A stretch of DNA of 64,000 nucleotides, from contig JAHRHZ010000140.1 of NCBI GenBank assembly GCA_024137785.1, forward strand, positions 27,653,010 through 27,717,009. The letters are read 5' to 3'. Both the position numbers and the translations under genes were made by a program. The notes under the pieces were generated by a model, which searched no databases, was not told the DNA's origin, and saw only the letters and a list, made by a program, of their open reading frames with translations. This document shows, piece by piece, positions 25,346-38,470 of this stretch (its first letter is position 1; each line of letters begins with the position of its first letter). The stretch comes from Ginglymostoma cirratum (lineage: Eukaryota).

Positions 25346-26759
25346 CTTCACAGAGAGAAATAAAAATATTCTGCGCCTTTTCACTATAAGTTTGAGACCC
25401 TAATTTCCCCCTCACTCTGCAAATCAGGCAGCTGGTACATGAGACCATCTCCTTCCAGACTATTACCTAACAAATGATTTGCAAATGTAAGAATTTTTTT
25501 TTCAAGACAGAACAAGAGGGCTTTGTTTACAGAAAGATAGCATCTGTGAGTGTGCTGACAATGTACTTTTCCCCTATTCCCAGACTGAAATTATTACAGG
25601 AGGCCAAGTATTTAGACTTTTATTAGTCAACATGTAACTGACAAACTGATTTGTAAAATTCCAAAATCAATACACTTACACATTCAATCCGGCTACTTGA
25701 TTTCTACTTTTGTAAATACTTCTCTTCAAGTTTCCACTACTCATTTAAGCCTTTCTAAGGAATTCTTAAATAAATAATTAAATGCAAAACATAAAAATTA
25801 CTCTTCACATATAAAGCTTTAAAGCACATCAATAATACAGTCTTGTGAATACTTTTTGAATAGTTATTAGCTTGTTTATTTTAAGTGTCCGATTTCCTTT
25901 CTTAAATAACAGAAATATAACAAAGATCTATTAGATGTTCAAATGCAGCAAAATGTAATTTCCAGGCAGGAAGAATTCTCTGAGATATGCACATCTAAAT
26001 TTAGACATTTCACTCACTACTATGCATGGTCCTATTAATAATGATGTAGGGCAGAATCTGTCAGAAATTAATAAATAGGTGGATTTTGGGGCATGTTGAC
26101 GGTTTATAAAGGAACAATATACACTCCGATCGGGCAAGAGAACAAATATAATGAGCTGAACACATTAAGTGCACTGTGCAATCTTTGAAAAAAACCATAA
26201 AACCTATTTTTAATAGAGTGCCCGTAGAATTCAATAATTTAATTTTGAGCAACATTTAAAAAGGTATTAATATATTTTCAATTTCTGATACTTTAGTCAT
26301 GGTTGAAAACTACTCCTAAGTGAAACTGATAAAATGCCACGAGTGGTTTGGCACAAATTATACATCAAGGGAGGGCTGCTGCCCTGAAAGTGAGACTCCC
26401 TGGCTGAGAAATATTTCAGTTTTGTCTGTGAGATAACATTTTACATTTGGACACTTTTAAAGGAACACAGTCAATAGTTTGGGGAAAATTAGTCAAGACT
26501 CTGAGTTCCCAATTCTGCACACTACCGTTTTGCAATTTAATATTTTCTAACTGTTCAACGGTGTTAGAACAACAGCAGGAGTGGAACAAAATCCAAGATA
26601 CACTGCTAACTTTAGCCTAATGCTCTTCTTTACTTTTCAAAGACATCTCCTCTTACAGGTTTGACATGATAGGCACGTACAATTAAGGTTTCATCATGCT
26701 GACTGGGGCTATTTTCTTTAATGTTTTAATATTATTTAAGTTAACTGCAACCATCTTCT

Positions 26760-27800
26760 ATTCTGTAAACATGCCCAAGACAGCAAAAACTTTCTTTGCT
26801 TGATTACTGACAGCTAACTTGAACATGTTCACCCCAGAAAGGTCTGTCCTTTGCATCTGATACCAGGATGCACCATAAACACGTGAGATGGAAGTTATTA
26901 AGGCTTTTATTTCTCGATATATGTAAACCATCCAGGTTTTGTTGGCATACAGCAACGTGCTGAGGATACAGAGCTTGTAGCTAAGCACCTTGATCATGTC
27001 GGTTACTTATATGTTACCCATGCCCACTTTGTTAGTCCAGCAAATGTGGTGGCTACCTTTCCAACGCACAGTGGCTCCGTGGTTAGCACTGCTGCCTCAC
27101 AGTGCCAGGGATCCAGGTTCAATTCTACCCTCGAGCGACTGTCTGTGTGAAGTTTGCACATTCTCCCAGTGTCTGCGTGGGTTTCCTCTGGGTGCTTTGG
27201 CTTCTTCCCACGGTCCAAGAATGTGCAGGTTTGGTGCACTGGCCACGCTAAATTACCCATAATGTCCAGGGATGTGTAGATTAGGTGGATTAGCCATGGG
27301 AAATGTCGGATTACAGGGATCTGGGTGGAATGCTCTTTGGAGAGTCGGTGTGGACTTGTTGGGCCAAATGGCCTGTTTCTATGCTGTACGGATTCCATTC
27401 TGTTCTTTCATGCTGAGCTCTTGGTCAAGAGACAGGTTGTCTGCTGCTGTGAAGCTTAGCTAGAAGGCTTTGCAGACAGCCTCCAGGGATGGGTTACTGA
27501 ACCTGATCATGGGAGACCTACACCTTGTACAGTAACTATTGTTACTTTTAATTCTGACAGTGAGAAAGCATGTGATACATGATGGGACAGATGATCCCAG
27601 GAGCTTTCAGAACTAGTACCCTGTCTGGGAAATAATGCAGCATCATCAGCTCGGGTTCTCTGATGAGGACACACCACAATTTCATCATGGTTTTCAGTCT
27701 TGACTGGTGGCCAGTGATCATTGTCAAAAAACTTTTATGCGTGATTGTCAGATCAAGGCAGGATGGACTCTTAGCTATCCGCCCATTTGCCTCTATTAGC
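26760..27800 (-). mobile_element. RTE-clade LINE remnant interrupted by an HE1 SINE
   Basis: Minus strand shows VLIRE..ADDAAL (about 27630-27672, frameshifted) and YKLCILSTLLYANKTW, both RTE/BovB-type motifs. Confidence 0.65.
27066..27401 (+). mobile_element. HE1-type SINE
   Basis: tRNA-like head gtggctccgtggttagcactgctgcctcac...ggttcaattc, conserved body and tail. Confidence 0.9.
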
Positions 27801-27824
27801 CAGGAAACCATGTCCTTTCCTTTT

Positions 27825-28186
27825 GGGTGGCATGGTGGCTCAATGGTTAGCACTGCTGCCTCACAGCGCCAGGGACCTGGGTTCAATTCCACCCTCAGGT
27901 GACTGCATGTGTGGAGTTTGCACATTCTCCCCATGTCTGTATGGGTTTCCTCCAGGTGCTCCGATTTCCTCCCACAGTCCAAAGATGTGCAGGCTAGGTG
28001 GATTGGCCATGGCTAAATCGCCCATAGTGTTCAGGGATGTGTAGATTAGGTGGGTTATAGGGGGGGTGGGTCTTGGGGGGGGGGGGGGGGGGGGGTGGTG
28101 CTCTAATGGTCGGTGTGGACTTGTTGGGCCGAAGGGCCTGTTTTCCACACTGTAGGGATTCTGTGATGATTCAGTGATTTCTATGA
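27825..28186 (+). mobile_element. HE1-type SINE with internal poly-G
   Basis: Full head (A and B boxes), body and tail; G-run at 28060-28095. Confidence 0.9.
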
Positions 28187-28899
28187 AAGAAACAAAGGAC
28201 TGCTGACATCAGTAAAATTAAATCCCAGCAGGAAGGGAGTCAGTGTATTGGACTCTTGGCAGCAGTGTTGCCCAAACCAAGGACCCCCAGGGGACGGTAG
28301 GGCCGGAGCCTGGATTCTTGGTGGCATCGGACAGCAGCAGAGCCAGGGTCTCCTATTCCCAGAATGAGATTCCTTGAGGACTGGAACACCTTCCAGTAGC
28401 CCTGGAGCCATGCCTGAGACCCAATCTAAACCGAAGGTAATCTCTAAGTTTATTGTGCCATATTGTAGTGGCAAAACATTTTTCACTGTATCTTCAAGAT
28501 GTATGTGATAATAATATCATTCATTCATGTATTAGGGAAAATAAAAAGAAAATTATACACTCCAGATAGAAAACATCAAACTACCTAAATTACTAAATGT
28601 AAGCCATATGCCTTCAGTTAGTCTATAATCCCTCCTTTTATTACATATGATTGCTGCAACTCTGTGCCACACTTCTTTTGGTAGTATCAAGAAATATTAT
28701 TAATGGGATTTTTCTGACAGTCCTCTTTATTTCATAAAGTGCATGGGGTGGAGTACTGGTTAAATAATTTCAATAGACTTGAACCTCAAGGTTCCTTGTG
28801 ATATAACAAGTAACTTGAAACATGCTGCCTAGTAAATAAATAAAAATTACAGGTTCAAATGTGAATGGATTGTTTGACAGCTCCAAGCGAGGTTTTACA

Positions 28900-29120
28900 C
28901 TAATAAAAACAAAGTGTTGGAGAAACCCAGCAGGTCTGGCATCAACTGTGGAAAGAGAAACAGAGTTAACGTTGAGTCCTATGACTCAGGGTTCTGAAGA
29001 AGTTTCACACACAGACTCAGAATTCTGTTTCACTTTCCACAGATGCTGCCAGATCTGCTTGGTTTCTCCAGCTCTTTGTTTTTATTGCAGATTTCCAGCA
29101 CCCACAGTATTTTGCTTTCA
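28900..29120. mobile_element. Palindromic Penelope-like remnant (family B)
   Basis: Arms aataaaaacaaag..ttggagaaacccagcaggtctggca / tgccagatctgcttggtttctccagctctttgtttttatt with central ctgaagaag. Confidence 0.72.
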
Positions 29121-30366
29121 TTTACGATTTCACACTTTCCTTCAAATGCAGTTGACTATTTGATGTATATCACTGAAATCCCTAACTGCTGCAATCTTAA
29201 CACTGTCCAGAGGCATATAACTTACTACAGGAATCTTTGTGGAAAATAGCGTCTCAAAACATGGCAAAGAACGTCGCTGGAAAATAAGCAAAACATTAAA
29301 AGGATAGCTGTCGGTGAGAGAATATAGGAATCTCCCTGGCCAAAAGAAACCAGTTGGAACCAGAAAGATATCATCAGCTTCAAATGACATCTGACCTGTA
29401 TAAACAAATGCTTACAGAAACAATATGCAGTTAGGGATATCTGGTAGCACGGATACAGGAGTGGTAAGTGTACTTGCACATTTTGGGAATCTGTTGCACA
29501 TATCATTTCTGGACGAGTGGGGAAATAAGTCAGCATATTTATGGCAATTGATGCAAGTATGCAATGTGACTATTAAAACTAGAAATATGTTTCTTGTTTT
29601 TCAAATAAGTGGACCAGGAGCTCACTTAAAAAGTGGTCAAAAGATTTTGTAGAAATGCTTTATGCACATGGTCTATCTTCAAGGCCTTAATGTTGATACG
29701 TCAAGAGTGATAGTTTTTGAGTGGTTCAATTTAACAGTGGTTGCCTATGGCAGATTTATTCAACACTACAAACAGAGCAAGTCTGTGATGCTGGTGAGAG
29801 ATTCGTAGGTCACACGTACAAATTTGGGCCCCCTGCTCATCCGATAAAGAGTCCCATTCTGTGAACGGTGCTTTTGTCTGCAGTTCCAGGATTTTAAATA
29901 AAATGATTAATCAAATAAACAGCAGTATTTGATACTCTAAATTAAATATTTTTCTGGATAACTGGTGGTGCTCTTTGAAAGATAGAGGGACATCCTCCAA
30001 TTGCAGCGTCCAGTGAAGAAACCTCAGAGGCAATATACAACGTACAGGCAGAGGCTATAATATTACAATTTTTAATCCACAAGTCTAATTTCTGTACCTG
30101 CCAATAACACAAAATATGTGTTGATCAAACAGCCCAAGCCATTTGTAAACATGAAAGTGAGAAAATCTGTCAATGACGATGTGGTCACTGCTTGTTAAGT
30201 TTTAATGTTACTCAAACGCAACAGTTCTCCACTAATTCCAATGACAGTCTCTCTGGCAAGAGCCACAATTTGTTCATGTGATGCACCAACCTTACTGAAC
30301 AGGTTTAAACATGGACTTGGGAAAAGATAAGCATGTAGGGGCAACACTTGGAATGACTTTAGGGAG

Positions 30367-30583
30367 CCATGATGTGGAGGTGCATGTGTTGGACTGGGAT
30401 GGACAAGGTCAGAAGTGACATAACACCAGGTTATAGTCCAACATATTTATTTGAAATCACAAGCTTTCAAAGTGCTGCCCCTTTGTTAGGCAACCCTTCA
30501 CCTGATGAAGGGGGCAGCGCTGTGAAAGCTTGTCATTTCAAGTAAACCTGTTGAACTACAACCTGGTGTTGTATGACTTCTGC
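30367..30583. mobile_element. Palindromic Penelope-like remnant (family C) with 10-bp TSD and hammerhead-like core
   Basis: Inverted arms of about 80 bp (30410-30490 and 30501-30582). TSD CTTTAGGGAG at 30357-30366 and 30584-30593. CTGATGA at 30502 and GAAAGCTT at 30524. Confidence 0.8.
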
Positions 30584-32394
30584 CTTTAGGGAGACTAGGG
30601 GAGTGGACATGAAGTGGCAGTTTACAAATGAAAATGTTGAGAGTGAATTTTCAAGGAGGGGTAATTGTAGTTTCAAAAGAGTGGGGAGTGGTACATTATA
30701 ATATGGGAAAGCATGAGGCTAGAAAGGCAAATTGTGCAGTCATTTCACGGGAATGGGAGGTTGGTCTCATGGAGAGGATCAGCTTAGAAAGAGCACGAAG
30801 GGAATCAGAGAAAACCTACGGAAACAAAGAGGGTTAGAATAGGGTAGTCTGAGCTCAATTTAGCTTGGCATGCAAGGGAAAGAAAGACAGAACTGATTGA
30901 ATTTTTTGAATCTTCAAGACAAAGAAATCCATGAGCTCCTGGCCTTTATTGGTCTTGTCTGACCATCTAGAAGAAGATGGCCATGGAGAAAACGGCATGA
31001 TTGCTTTCTTCATTCCTGTTATGAAGATGTGCTACATTCAATAATAATCTTTGAAGTTTACCAGCTGATTTCACATATTAAACATTTTAAAAGAAACACT
31101 GCAGACTCTAAGACATCAGAACTTTTGCAACTTCAAGCTACTCGGGCCCCTGGATGTCTCAAGTGGGTTACTGATTAAACAACCCCAGAGAGACCCACAC
31201 TTGGATTATTCCAAGAACAATGCTAACATTTTCCTCTGATACTGAATCAATGCTCACTTCATATAACTGGGAAAATGCACTGATGATTGTGCCCAACAGC
31301 TGTCTCAAAATATATAAGGTCATTACAAGTAATTCATAATAAGTATAATATATTAGACAAGCAAGATGATCAATTTACCTTACTGACTGCGATCAAGACA
31401 AATGTCAATCACACCTGGTTTTGTCATTAACATAAAAGATCTCAATTTATTGTAACGCATTTAACATTAACAAACGGGAGAGAAAAGTTGACGGGGGGGG
31501 AGGTGTGGTGAAACATTACTGTGGTAGGTGGGAATGTGGAGTAATCCGATCATCCACGATATTACTAAACATCAGACCATGCTCTGGGGCCGACTACTGG
31601 TTTCGCCTAGGTTAGCTTCAGAACAATAAAAGGTAATCTGTTACTTTGTGGAAAACCCAAGAAAACCTGTCTGGCTAATCCTTTATAACCAACACAATAT
31701 AGATACTGAACTGGAAAGTCCATCTTTCAAATTTTCAGCACTCTTGTTAGACTCAAGCAAGGAGGGAAAAAAACAACACAGGAAAGCCACTCCACCCTTC
31801 CTCACCTGCACGTAACATTCTCCACGTTTCTAAGTTAAGAGAATTAACTTCTTAACAGTCGATTCACAATATGTTCCTAATTGCCTGGCTGCCCCACAGG
31901 TTTACGAATAATTTGTAATAAAAATCAGAACTGACTGAAACCAATCTAGTAATTAGTATAGTAATGATCCTTATCTTGTTAGTGATCTAGTTAGAACAGG
32001 TTCAGCACGGCAACACAAATGGCATTAGCACAATAAGTGGTTATCACAGGTTCCTCCAATGGAAAATCTTGTTCCAGGCTGGAGATCATTAATAAGTGAG
32101 GGAAACCCATAGTCCTGGTGATCCTGGTTCAAACACTGATCAATCGTAAAAAAAGGAAACAACCCACGTAACTGTCTCTCTGTTCTTAACAGGCAATTGC
32201 TAGACTTTCAGAACTTTCTTTTCGGAATGTCTCTAGACAGCCAAGCCAGGAACCATGTAAAAGAAAGTTACAGCCAAATATAGCCATTGTCTTAATCTAT
32301 GCTCAATAGTTAATAATCATTTTCACAAAAAAAGTTATAATAAGGGTACCATTCAATATTTCTTGTCTCTTATGTGCAGCATAGAAATGAGTCT

Positions 32395-32460
32395 TTGGCT
32401 TAGTGGGAGCAGTCCTGCCTTGGAGGCAGAAGATACAGAGTTCAATGCTCACTCAAGGCA
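32395..32460 (+). mobile_element. Ancient tRNA-derived SINE head fragment
   Basis: tggcttagtgggagcagtcctgcc...gagttcaatgctcactc: degenerate A and B boxes; related to 37940-38025 and 38365-38470. Confidence 0.5.
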
Positions 32461-34399
32461 GTCCTGAAAATGAAGCCTTGAACTCTTGCTCTGACTTGCA
32501 GGGAGATACACACACTAATCAATACCCTCCACGCACAACATTATGTGTAATGGGAGCAAATTAAAACTGCTCAGCTTTTTGGACCAACCAACTCATTGGT
32601 AGGTGTATAAGTTCATTATAGCCTGGAAAGGAGTGTTCACTTCTTATCAGGTCATACAACTGATTAGCCTGTACATCTTTCCACTATTTCATACTATTCT
32701 CCAAAGTAAGACTGAAGAAATGAAAACAGATACCTTCTTTATTCTTGACACCTAAACAATTAACAAGTAATAAAAGGTAATGCCACACCAACATAATTCT
32801 GGAGGATGGTATAGTCTTTAGGAGTTATTAAGTATTTGGTAATGAGTATTGCAGAAATAGTAAGTACTCTAATGCTGAAATAAAACGGTATTATTGCTAT
32901 TATTACCAATCTAAAATCATCAGTATCGTTTTCCCTTATGTTCTCAGTACTCTGGCAGTAACTGCAGAGTTCAATTTCTCCACTTGCTGCATTTAAAGTC
33001 GCTAGGCTTCACTGGCTCTCCTTAAGAACTTCTCAGTGGGAGGAAAAACCTTATAGACACTTGAAGCCCTCTGGTACTGGTCCTGCTTGGCTATTCTTCA
33101 TTGTTTGAGGTCAGGTGATTAACATCAGTTGCCTATTTGACATATATTGTTTAGACTCATGCACAAGCATCAGTCACTTAGGTGAAAACGAAGAAGTAAA
33201 GATTTTCTAAAATGCAATAATAATTATGTAAAATCTGTGAAATGATTGGAAACACCCTAGTTAGGTGAGCTACAAACTGCTACAAAAGATTGATCTATTG
33301 TTTATACATAAGTGTGTCATATAACACTGCATTCAAAAAAAATTCTGCTGCTAAATAATATAGATTATCCATTTTGCATAACTAACCAGCTGATCCAGAA
33401 GGAAGGCATGTCTATAAGCAATCTGTTCTGGTTTGGCATTACAATGTGGAAAATCCATTTTATTGCTCTGAGTGTACAATATTTTGATTTAGAAACTGCA
33501 GACAGCATTCTAGTATTTTGTAGATTAAATTTGCCTGCGGAAATGTGGCCTAAAATTTGAGCAATAATCCCTTCCTCTCATATGATATACAATGCTATAG
33601 AATAATGCTTAAATTACAAACTTTGTAAAATGTATGTAAACTTGCTGGAGAGGCATAAAATTGAGGGATTCCTTCCCAACCTGAGGTCTCAGCTTTTTTT
33701 TATTGCATACCCAACCAAATAAATGTCTCCTGTTGGCCTCACGTAACCATAGATTCATCACTGCTGCTCCTCACACTAGTGTCTGGGATAGAACATGCGC
33801 AGTTTAATCTCCAAGTGGAAAATTCATCTATGACCTTAGCAGAAAGTAATACTTAGGAACACATCGCTGTTTTCGTTTGCTCAGCATTGTTATGATTTAC
33901 ACATTTTCAGCTAAAAAGAATAATGTTCCACACACTCTGATACTGAAGATTATTGCCTGTTACTCAGCCCTCTGCCCTAACCTGTAGCAGGTCAATGTTG
34001 TCAAGCCACAATATTTGGCATGTCTTCTCCATAATGAACACCTGGTTTTCAAGTTTCACAATTATAGCTACATTCCAGCTAAATTCTAACTTTAATTGGG
34101 GAATATACCTGCGCATACAACTTCAGTGCACTGACTGCTATAGTTTAGGAAGTAGCACAAGTGATTGTATCGTCTCTATTTTCACTGTGATACAAGCAGA
34201 ACGCCACATTTTCACTCCCCATTCCCATCACAGTGAAAACCGAGAAGCCTGTACTGAGGGTGTATTTAATTGCAGACACAGAGACAGCGCACTGCTCTCT
34301 GATTTCCAATTAAATTTTAAACAACTGGAATGAAATAATAAAATGTGAATGTGCCACAGCTGGGTACTAAAGGCTACATTAAATGACTAGCTCATGGTG

Positions 34400-34720
34400 C
34401 TTCCTGATAGCTCAGTGGGCAAGAATTCTGCCTGGTATGGGATTCAAATAAGGTCAATCACTGGCCTGTGATGAATTAGCTGGAGAAATGATAGAAGTCC
34501 TGCAATTGGGAGCTGCAGGCATTGACTAATAATCTGGAGACAAGATACCTAGTTCCTTTTCCTGGTCAGTATCCAGTTACCTTATTGGAAACTTTCCTGT
34601 TATGCTGTGTGAAGGCAGAATCAGGTTAAGTTGTGATGCCATCCAACAGCCAAATCTGAGCCCAATACCCACTATCTTGGCACACTGATCGATAAAAAGC
34701 CCCATAATTGAGGTACTGAA
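34400..34720 (+). mobile_element. Ancient SINE-like element
   Basis: gatagctcagtggg...ggtcaatcactggcctgtgatgaattagctg head and a long degenerate body. Confidence 0.4.
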
Positions 34721-35777
34721 GGGCAGTCAATCTTGCAGAAAAATATTTAATGCTACGTTCAGTGCTGCAAGAATAAAGAAACAAAGTTCCTTTATAATGG
34801 TTCCTCTTCCAGAATTAATTGCTGATTTTTGGTACAATACTACTTAAGGTCCCATCGTCTGAGATATGCAATCAGAATTGTAGAACAAACCACACTGGGC
34901 TGATGTCACACTTTAGGAAATACTAAATGTTATTGGATTTTTACAAGGCTTCTTGTTAATGACCCCTTTCCCTCTCTAAGCAGCTATTTTTAAAATCCAT
35001 TGAACAATGTGCTTTAACTGTCAAGCACTCACAAATGGACCCACCCTTTCCCAAGTGCATGCTTGAATAACCTTCAACCCCTTCCATCTGGAACACTGTA
35101 GAATTTGTTCTGTTTCAGTGTGATCTGAGCAGCTGTTTTTGACTGCTTGGATGGAAAAGAATGGAAAATAAGCGAAGTTTTAACAGACGGCTATGATAAA
35201 TGCTACAATGCTATTTATAAGGATCCCCAAATAAAAACAAATTAATTTTAAACAGAACTTGCACAATTTTCAAAGAAAAACTTTGTCTTTTGTTTTTGAT
35301 GAATATAGCTGCCAAAGGGATTGAATCTGCGGAAGCTTCACAAAAAAAATTTAATACTGATCATCTTCCCTGGACTGTGAGGTAACCACAGACAATCAAT
35401 AATATTTAATAGAATAATATGCTGCCTTGCCAGCATCACTCTCCTTGGACATTTTGTGACAACACTTGTTGAAATATTTAGAAACTCCTAAAAAATTAAG
35501 GAATTTGCAGCTACTGAAAGGATCACAGGAATCTTTTTGTAACTAAAGCTTACAATTTCTCTTCCACTACCAATGGAGTATCAGACTGACGGTGAAAGAA
35601 AGGTCTTACAGTCTCTGATCAAATATCCACACCACAGCCATAGTCTTACCTTTGATCCTCTCTCTGCGCAATTCCTCCAAAGTATTCAATATCATGTTGC
35701 CATTAATACTCCTTTATACATTGTATATAGTAGACACGTTTACCTAATATACAAATATAGGCATACCTTTGATATAT

Positions 35778-36618
35778 AGATAACACTGGAGCTGGAGGAA
35801 CACAGTGGGCCAGGCAGCTTCAGAGGAGCAGGAAAGTTGGCATTTCGAGTCGGGACCCTTCTTCAGAAATGGGGAGGGAGACAGGAGCTCTGAAATAAAC
35901 AGACAGGAGGGGAGGGACTGGGGAAGGTAGGTGGGATGGTGATAGGTGAGTGCAGGTAGGGAGTGGTGGGAATTGGTCAGTGAGGTGGGAGGAACAGATA
36001 GGTGGGAGAGAAGATGGACAGGTTGTGTCAGGTTAAAGAGGCAGAAATGAGAGGGAGGGTTGGATATGGGATGAGGCTGGGGGTGGGGAGATCTTGAAAC
36101 TGGTAAAATCCACATTGAGACCATTGGGTTGTAGGATCCCAAGGTGGAATATGAGGCACTGCTCCTCCCGTTTCCGGGTGGCGTCACTGTGACACTGGAG
36201 GAGGCCCAGGCTGGACATGTCGCCCGGGAAGTGGGAGGGGAAGGTGAAATGGTTCACGACTGGAAGGTGTTGTTGTTTGTTGCGAACAGAGCACAAGTTC
36301 TCTACAAAGCGTTCTCCTTGACCTGATACAACGTGTCCATCTTCTCTCCCACCTATCTGCTCCTCCCACCTCACTGACCAATCCCCACCACTGCCTACCT
36401 GCACTCACCTATCACCATCCCACCTATCTTTACCAGTCCTACCCATCCCCTCTCTATTTATTTCGGAGCTCCCTTCTTTCCTCCCCCATTTCTGAAGAAG
36501 GGTCCCGACCTGAAACGTCAACTTTCCTGCTCCTCTGATGCTGCGTGGCCTGCTGTGTTCCTCCAGGTCCACACTATGTTGTCTATGACTCCAGCATTGG
36601 CAATTCTTACTATCTCTG
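35778..36618 (-). mobile_element. Penelope-like element: GIY-YIG endonuclease C-terminus with inverted pseudo-LTRs and 15-bp TSD
   Basis: Minus ORF RFVENLCSVRNKQQHLPVVNHF...GLLQC...RKREEQCLIFHLGILQPNGLN fits the PLE endonuclease C-terminal pattern. Inverted arms of about 260 bp at 35778-36036 and 36318-36584. TSD ATACCTTTGATATAT / ATACCTTTAATATAT. Confidence 0.88.
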
Positions 36619-37044
36619 ATACCTTTAATATATTTTGTTTTACAATTCTCCTCTCGCCAATTCGGACAGATCGAACACCAAAGACACACTGAGCTAACAA
36701 ATATCCGGTGTACTTCTCTTTCATTGTAACAGCTTTAGTTTTGTTCAGATAACCAACAAAGCATTTAAAACAGTCATACAGCACAAATGATTGACTTCAC
36801 TTTGGTTTAAATTCCAGCAAAACGTTTTACTTTCCAGGGTAGATCGCATTTTTGAAGTCAGATGGGACCCAAAAATACTTTTGGTGGCCCAAACCATGCT
36901 TCAAATATCTACTGTGGCTGAACGATGCGCCTGACACTGAAATAACCAAAGTGGCACAATGAGGTTAACTAAACCTATTTCCCAAATTTAGATCACATCT
37001 TTGTATGTGAACTTTAGGGCATGGATTGTCTAAGCGACCAAAGA

Positions 37045-37820
37045 ATCATATTGCATAGAAGGAGGCCATCTGATTATTCTTACTTCTCTACTTATTCTCC
37101 ATAGACTTGCAATTCCCCTCAATTCCCCCTTTTCAGGTATTTATTCAATTCCTTTCTCAAAGTTACTTCTGAATCTATTTTCCACACATTGGAACAGCAT
37201 GCTCCATGTCAAATAACATACTACATTAAACCAGCTTTCAACCGACCTGTGATTCGTACATCAACAAAGTGAAATCTGTAACCCCTTGTTACCATCTCTC
37301 TTGCCATGGAAGCAGTTTCTCCTCGTATATTCAAAAAATATATCACAATTTTAAATATCTCTGTCGAATCTTCTCTGAACTTACTTGGCTGCAAGGAGAA
37401 TAATCCCAGCTTCACCAGTTTCTGCACATAACTAAAGTTCCATATACCTGGTACCATTCCAATAGATCTCCTCTTCTCCCTCTAAGGACTTGATATCCTT
37501 CTTGTGGGGTGCCCAGAATTGGCCACAGTATTCCAGATGAAGCTTAACCAGTGATTCATAAAGGTTGAGCACATCTTCCTTGCCTTTGTATTGTAAGCCT
37601 GTTTAATATAGCTACAAAACTAAGGTCAAAGCTTTTTTTAAAAAAAAGCTTTCTCATGTTAACCTGACAGTTTCAAAGATTTTTGAATCTACAAACCCAT
37701 GTCAATGCTCCTGATTCCATTCAAAATTGCAACATTTACTTTATACTGCCTCTTGTTATTCTTCATTCTAAAATGTATCAATTTATTCCTCTCTGCATTG
37801 AATTTCATTTGCCACGACTG
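37045..37820 (-). mobile_element. CR1 3' end
   Basis: Minus ORF MVPG...SYVQKLVKLGLFSLQ..KFREDSTEIFKI, the CR1 ORF2 C-terminal pattern. Confidence 0.82.
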
Positions 37821-37849
37821 CAAATAACACCAGTGTCTTAGACACCAAG

Positions 37850-38025
37850 CTCTTCAGAGGGTCGGTGCATATTTGATGGGCCGAAAGGCCTCTTTCTGCA
37901 CCAGAGCGTTTCTATTATTCTTTGAACAGCTTGGGTTCTGCACTCAACTCCTGGAGAGAGACTTGAAATCACAATCTTTTGACACAGAGGCCAAAGTGCT
38001 ACCCACTGAGACTTACTGCTGACAC
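37850..38025. mobile_element. HE1/CR1 tail fragment (+, 37850-37920) and ancient SINE head (-, 37940-38025)
   Basis: tgatgggccgaaaggcctctttctgcac tail; the minus strand gives ctcagtgggtagcactttggcctctgtgtc...atttcaagtc. Confidence 0.55.
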
Positions 38026-38364
38026 TTACTTATTCTCACACGAGTACGTTTTGATAATGTTTCTGCCCAGTATTGAACCTTTTTGTGTTAGGCACGTGTG
38101 GCACTCTCTGGATTACAGGAACATTCCAGTGTTTCTTTTGAATAAACAAGAAACAAGTGAACCTATTAACTAATTAACAGTTTCTTAAAAGGGCACTGAG
38201 ACAAAAAGATACAATGTTAAACAATACATAACATTTCATTTAAAATTACTATTTTAGGAACTGTTATGTGCATGAATTACCATTTGTCAAGGTCTCCCCG
38301 TCTGAATACCCTTAACCTTAAATTTATATAATCAACCTTAAATTCTATAAGTAACATTAAAACC

Positions 38365-38470
38365 AGTGCCTCTGAATGCTAGCTGAGATTTTGTGCTCAA
38401 ATCTCTGACATGGTCTTGAACCCACAACTGCTGAGTCAGAAACAAGAATGTTACTCACCCAGCCATAGCT
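38365..38470 (-). mobile_element. Ancient SINE head (SacSINE-like)
   Basis: Minus: tggctgggtgagtaacattc...gtgggttcaagacc...gagatttgagcacaaaatct. Confidence 0.55.

Noticed and set aside
28060-28095. Poly-G / G-quadruplex
   Set aside because: Expanded variable G-tract inside a SINE; its length may be a sequencing artefact.
27003-28148. Recurrent ORFs such as MVAQWLALLPHSARD and GRMCKLHTD
   Set aside because: Translations of HE1 SINE copies, not genes.
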